A stretch of 32,000 nt of DNA from Cupriavidus necator (GTDB lineage Bacteria > Pseudomonadota > Gammaproteobacteria > Burkholderiales > Burkholderiaceae): contig NZ_CP066018.1 of assembly GCF_016127575.1 (NCBI RefSeq), forward strand, positions 3,900,001 to 3,932,000. The letters run 5' to 3'. The notes under the pieces were generated by a model. It worked only from the letters and a program-made list of their open reading frames with translations. It did no database searches and was not told the DNA's origin. Below are positions 29,475 through 32,000 of the stretch, one piece after another; the stretch's first letter is position 1; every line of letters begins with the position of its first letter. The translations under genes and the position numbers were made by a program.

Positions 29475-30784
29475 TGAGCACAGTCGTGGTTGCACTGATC
29501 CTGCTGCTGGTGATGATCGTCTTCCTGGCGATCGGCGCGTGGATCCCCGTGGCCATTGCGGTCACCTCATGGGTCGGTCTGGTGGTGTTCTCGGACCGCG
29601 AGGCGCTGGTCAGCCTGGCCAACGCATGGTGGTCGTCGAGCGCCTCATACACGCTGGCATCGCTGCCCCTCTTTGTCTGGATGGGCGAGATCCTGTTCCG
29701 CACCAAGCTGTCCGAGCAGATGTTCAGCGGGCTGTCGCCGTGGCTGAGCTGGCTGCCCGGGCGGCTGATGCACGTCAATATCCTTGGCTGCGGCATTTTT
29801 GGCTCGGTGTCGGGGTCGTCGGCGGCCACCTGCGCCACCATCGCCAAATCGGCGCTGCCGGAACTCACGCGGCGCGGCTACGACGAGCGCACTACGCTCG
29901 GCTCGCTGTCCTGCGCCGGCACGCTCGGCATCCTGATCCCGCCGTCGATCACGATGGTGGTGTACGCGGTGTCGGCGGACGTGTCGATCATCCGCGTGTT
30001 CCTGGCGGGCTTCATACCCGGCCTGCTGCTGATGCTGCTGTTCTCCGGCTATATCGTGGTCTGGGCACTGGCCAACCCGGACAAAACCCCGCCGTCGGAG
30101 CACTTCAACTGGCGTGCGCGGCTGGCATCGATCCGCCAGCTGCTGCCGTGCATCGTGCTGATCGCCTTTATCACCGTGATCATGGTGACCGGCTACTCCA
30201 CCGCGACCGAAGCCGCAGCCTATGGCGTGGTGGCTTCGCTGGCGCTGGCGTGGGCGGGCGGCTCGCTCACGCGCGCGGCGTTCTGGGACAGCCTGATGTC
30301 GGCCACGCGGCTGACCGCGATGATCATGTTCGTGCTGGGCGCGACCTCGTTCCTGTCGGTTACCATGAGCTTTACCGGCATCCCGCGCGCGCTGGCGGAA
30401 TGGGTGGCGGCGATGCACCTGTCGCCGTGGGCGCTGATCGCCGTGCTGACAGTGATCTACATCGTGCTGGGCACGGCGCTGGACGGCATCTCGATGATCG
30501 CGCTGACCACCGCGACGGTGCTGCCGATGGTGCAGGCGGCCGGCTTCGACCTGGTCTGGTTCGGCATCTTCATCGTGCTGCTGGTGGAGATCGCCGAGGT
30601 GACGCCGCCCGTGGGCTTCAACCTGTTCGTGCTGCAGAGCATGACAGGCAAGGACAGCAATTACATAGCAAGGGTCTCGCTGCCCTTTTTCATGATGATG
30701 GTGGTGGCGATCGCCATCGTCACGATCTGGCCGGGCGTGGTCACCTGGCTGCCGGACATTGTCATGCAGCAGGAAGTCAAATAG
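29474..30784 (+). CDS. dctM: TRAP transporter large permease, DctM family (436 aa)
   Basis: Polytopic protein with the motif LGCGIFGSVSGSSAATCATI typical of DctM. Its ATG shares one base with the dctQ TGA (TGATG). Confidence 0.95.
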   Translation: MSTVVVALILLLVMIVFLAIGAWIPVAIAVTSWVGLVVFSDREALVSLANAWWSSSASYTLASLPLFVWMGEILFRTKLSEQMFSGLSPWLSWLPGRLMHVNILGCGIFGSVSGSSAATCATIAKSALPELTRRGYDERTTLGSLSCAGTLGILIPPSITMVVYAVSADVSIIRVFLAGFIPGLLLMLLFSGYIVVWALANPDKTPPSEHFNWRARLASIRQLLPCIVLIAFITVIMVTGYSTATEAAAYGVVASLALAWAGGSLTRAAFWDSLMSATRLTAMIMFVLGATSFLSVTMSFTGIPRALAEWVAAMHLSPWALIAVLTVIYIVLGTALDGISMIALTTATVLPMVQAAGFDLVWFGIFIVLLVEIAEVTPPVGFNLFVLQSMTGKDSNYIARVSLPFFMMMVVAIAIVTIWPGVVTWLPDIVMQQEVK

Positions 30785-30847
30785 CATTGGCCGGCCCCGC
30801 CCGCGGCCATTTGCCGCCGGCCCGGCAATATGGAGGGTCCCAGTCCG

Positions 30848-32000
30848 ATGCATGTGATCGTCATCGGCGCCGGCGCGATCGGCGTCAGTTCCGCCTGGTA
30901 CCTGCGGCAGGCCGGTTTCGACGTGACCGTGCTCGAACGCCGCGCCGCGCCGGCGCAGGAAGCCAGCTTCGGCAATGCCGGCGTGATCGCGCCCGGCTAT
31001 GTCACGCCATGGGCGGCGCCGGGAATGCCCGGCAAGATCCTGCGCACGCTCTTTGCGCGCGAGGCGCCGGTCCTGTTCCGCCCTTCCGCCGACCCGGCCA
31101 TGTGGCGCTGGATCGCGCGCTGGCTGCGCGAATGCCGGCTGGAGCGCTACCGCGCCAACAAGCTGCGCATGCAGCGGCTGGCGTTCTACAGCCGCGGGTG
31201 CCTGCACCGGCTGCGTAGCGAGCTGGAGATCGACTACGAGCAGTCGCAAGGCTACCTGCAGCTGTTCCGCACCGCGCGCGACCTCGACCTGGCCGCGCCC
31301 GCCGTGGCCCTGCTGCGCGAGAACAACGTGCCGCACCGGCTGGTCAGCGCGCAGGAATGCCGCCGTATCGAACCGGGCCTGGCGGCCGACACGCCGCTGG
31401 CTGGCGGGCTGCACCTGCCGGAAGACGAGTCCGGCAACTGCCCGATGTTCGTGCGCGCGCTGCACCGGCATGCCGAGGCCGCAGGCGTATCGTTCCGCTT
31501 CGACACCCGGGTGGCGCGCGTCAGGCCCGACAACGCGGGCAAGCTGCAGGTCGAGCTGCAGCACTCCGACAAGAAGCGCCCTGGCCAGGTGCTGAGCGCC
31601 GACCGCGTGCTGGTCGCGGCCGGCGCCGACAGCACCGCGCTGCTGCGCCCGCTGGGCCTGCGCATGCCGCTGTATCCGGTCAAGGGCTACTCGGTGACGG
31701 TGATGGTCCGCGACGAACTGCAGGCGCCGCTGGGCGCGCTGATGGATGAGTCCTACAAGGTCGCGATCACGCGCATGGGCAACCGCCTGCGCGTGGCGGG
31801 TACGGCCGAGCTGGGCTCACGCAAGCTTGATCTGCGGCCGGCCGCCCTGAACACCCTGGTCAAGGTCGCGCGCGACTGGTTCCCGGTGGCAGGCAACTAC
31901 CAGGAAGCCACGCAATGGGTGGGCGCGCGGCCGATGCTGCCGGACGGGCCGCCGCTGATCGGCCCAACAGCCGTGCCCGGCCTGTTCCTCAACCTCGGCC
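30848..32000 (+). CDS. dadA: D-amino acid dehydrogenase, 3'-truncated by the window end
   Basis: Hand translation gives MHVIVIGAGAIGVSSAWYLRQAGFDVTVLER...FGNAGVIAPGYVTPWAAPG...LYPVKGYSVTV...DESYKVAITRMGNRLRVAGTAE...GARPMLPDGPPLIG. This is collinear with E. coli DadA as remembered. GGAGGG lies 11 nt upstream. It is absent from the ORF track because no stop occurs in the window. Confidence 0.9.
   Translation, partial: MHVIVIGAGAIGVSSAWYLRQAGFDVTVLERRAAPAQEASFGNAGVIAPGYVTPWAAPGMPGKILRTLFAREAPVLFRPSADPAMWRWIARWLRECRLERYRANKLRMQRLAFYSRGCLHRLRSELEIDYEQSQGYLQLFRTARDLDLAAPAVALLRENNVPHRLVSAQECRRIEPGLAADTPLAGGLHLPEDESGNCPMFVRALHRHAEAAGVSFRFDTRVARVRPDNAGKLQVELQHSDKKRPGQVLSADRVLVAAGADSTALLRPLGLRMPLYPVKGYSVTVMVRDELQAPLGALMDESYKVAITRMGNRLRVAGTAELGSRKLDLRPAALNTLVKVARDWFPVAGNYQEATQWVGARPMLPDGPPLIGPTAVPGLFLNLG

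Noticed and set aside
29645-31564. 639-aa minus-strand ORF opposite dctM and dadA, with similar long antisense ORFs at 7012-8541, 15995-17572, 10038-11462 and 27388-28650
   Set aside because: All lie antisense to well-supported genes. Their sequences are Arg/Gly/His-rich and non-protein-like, with no RBS. These are classic high-GC artefacts.

Overview
This is a high-GC (about two-thirds G+C by eye, GC3-rich codons) proteobacterial chromosomal segment. Gene content, synteny (msrB-yciB-bolA-PPIase, single-chain purL) and CCCTCTCCCGC..GCGGGAGAGGG REP hairpins suggest Burkholderiaceae, probably Cupriavidus/Ralstonia (inference, nothing searched). I call 26 protein-coding genes or fragments plus 2 gene remnants. 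(i) 1-6510, minus strand: a beta-oxidation cluster of fadB-like, pncA, thiolase, PaaI thioesterase, a terminator, a large acyl-CoA dehydrogenase and an SDR fragment. (ii) 7000-8589: a lysP-like permease. (iii) 8564-15518, minus strand: a six-gene operon of acyl-CoA synthetase plus a Liv-type ABC transporter, with ATGA start/stop overlaps. (iv) 15977-19861, plus strand: selO, msrB, yciB, a bolA-family gene and a parvulin PPIase. (v) 19862-21272: a small decayed accessory patch holding an orphan ORF, a creatininase-family remnant and an in-frame internally deleted codB-like permease. (vi) purL (minus strand), preceded by a MarR-like winged-helix regulator. (vii) 26366-32000, plus strand: amidase, TRAP transporter dctPQM and dadA (cut by the window end). 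I found no rRNA, tRNA, CRISPR array, transposase/integrase, phage gene or recognisable defence/toxin gene, and I see no convincing novel multi-gene system. Four things are most worth a second look: the decayed codB/creatininase patch; three short motifs shared by the two fatty-acid promoter regions (6511-6999 and 15519-15976); the REP-associated C-terminal extension of lysP that overlaps convergent livF; and the uncharacterised regulator-amidase-TRAP-dadA cluster. CDS coordinates follow the supplied ORF track, with starts re-chosen from RBS and remembered homologues. Hand-located motifs may be off by 1-2 nt.
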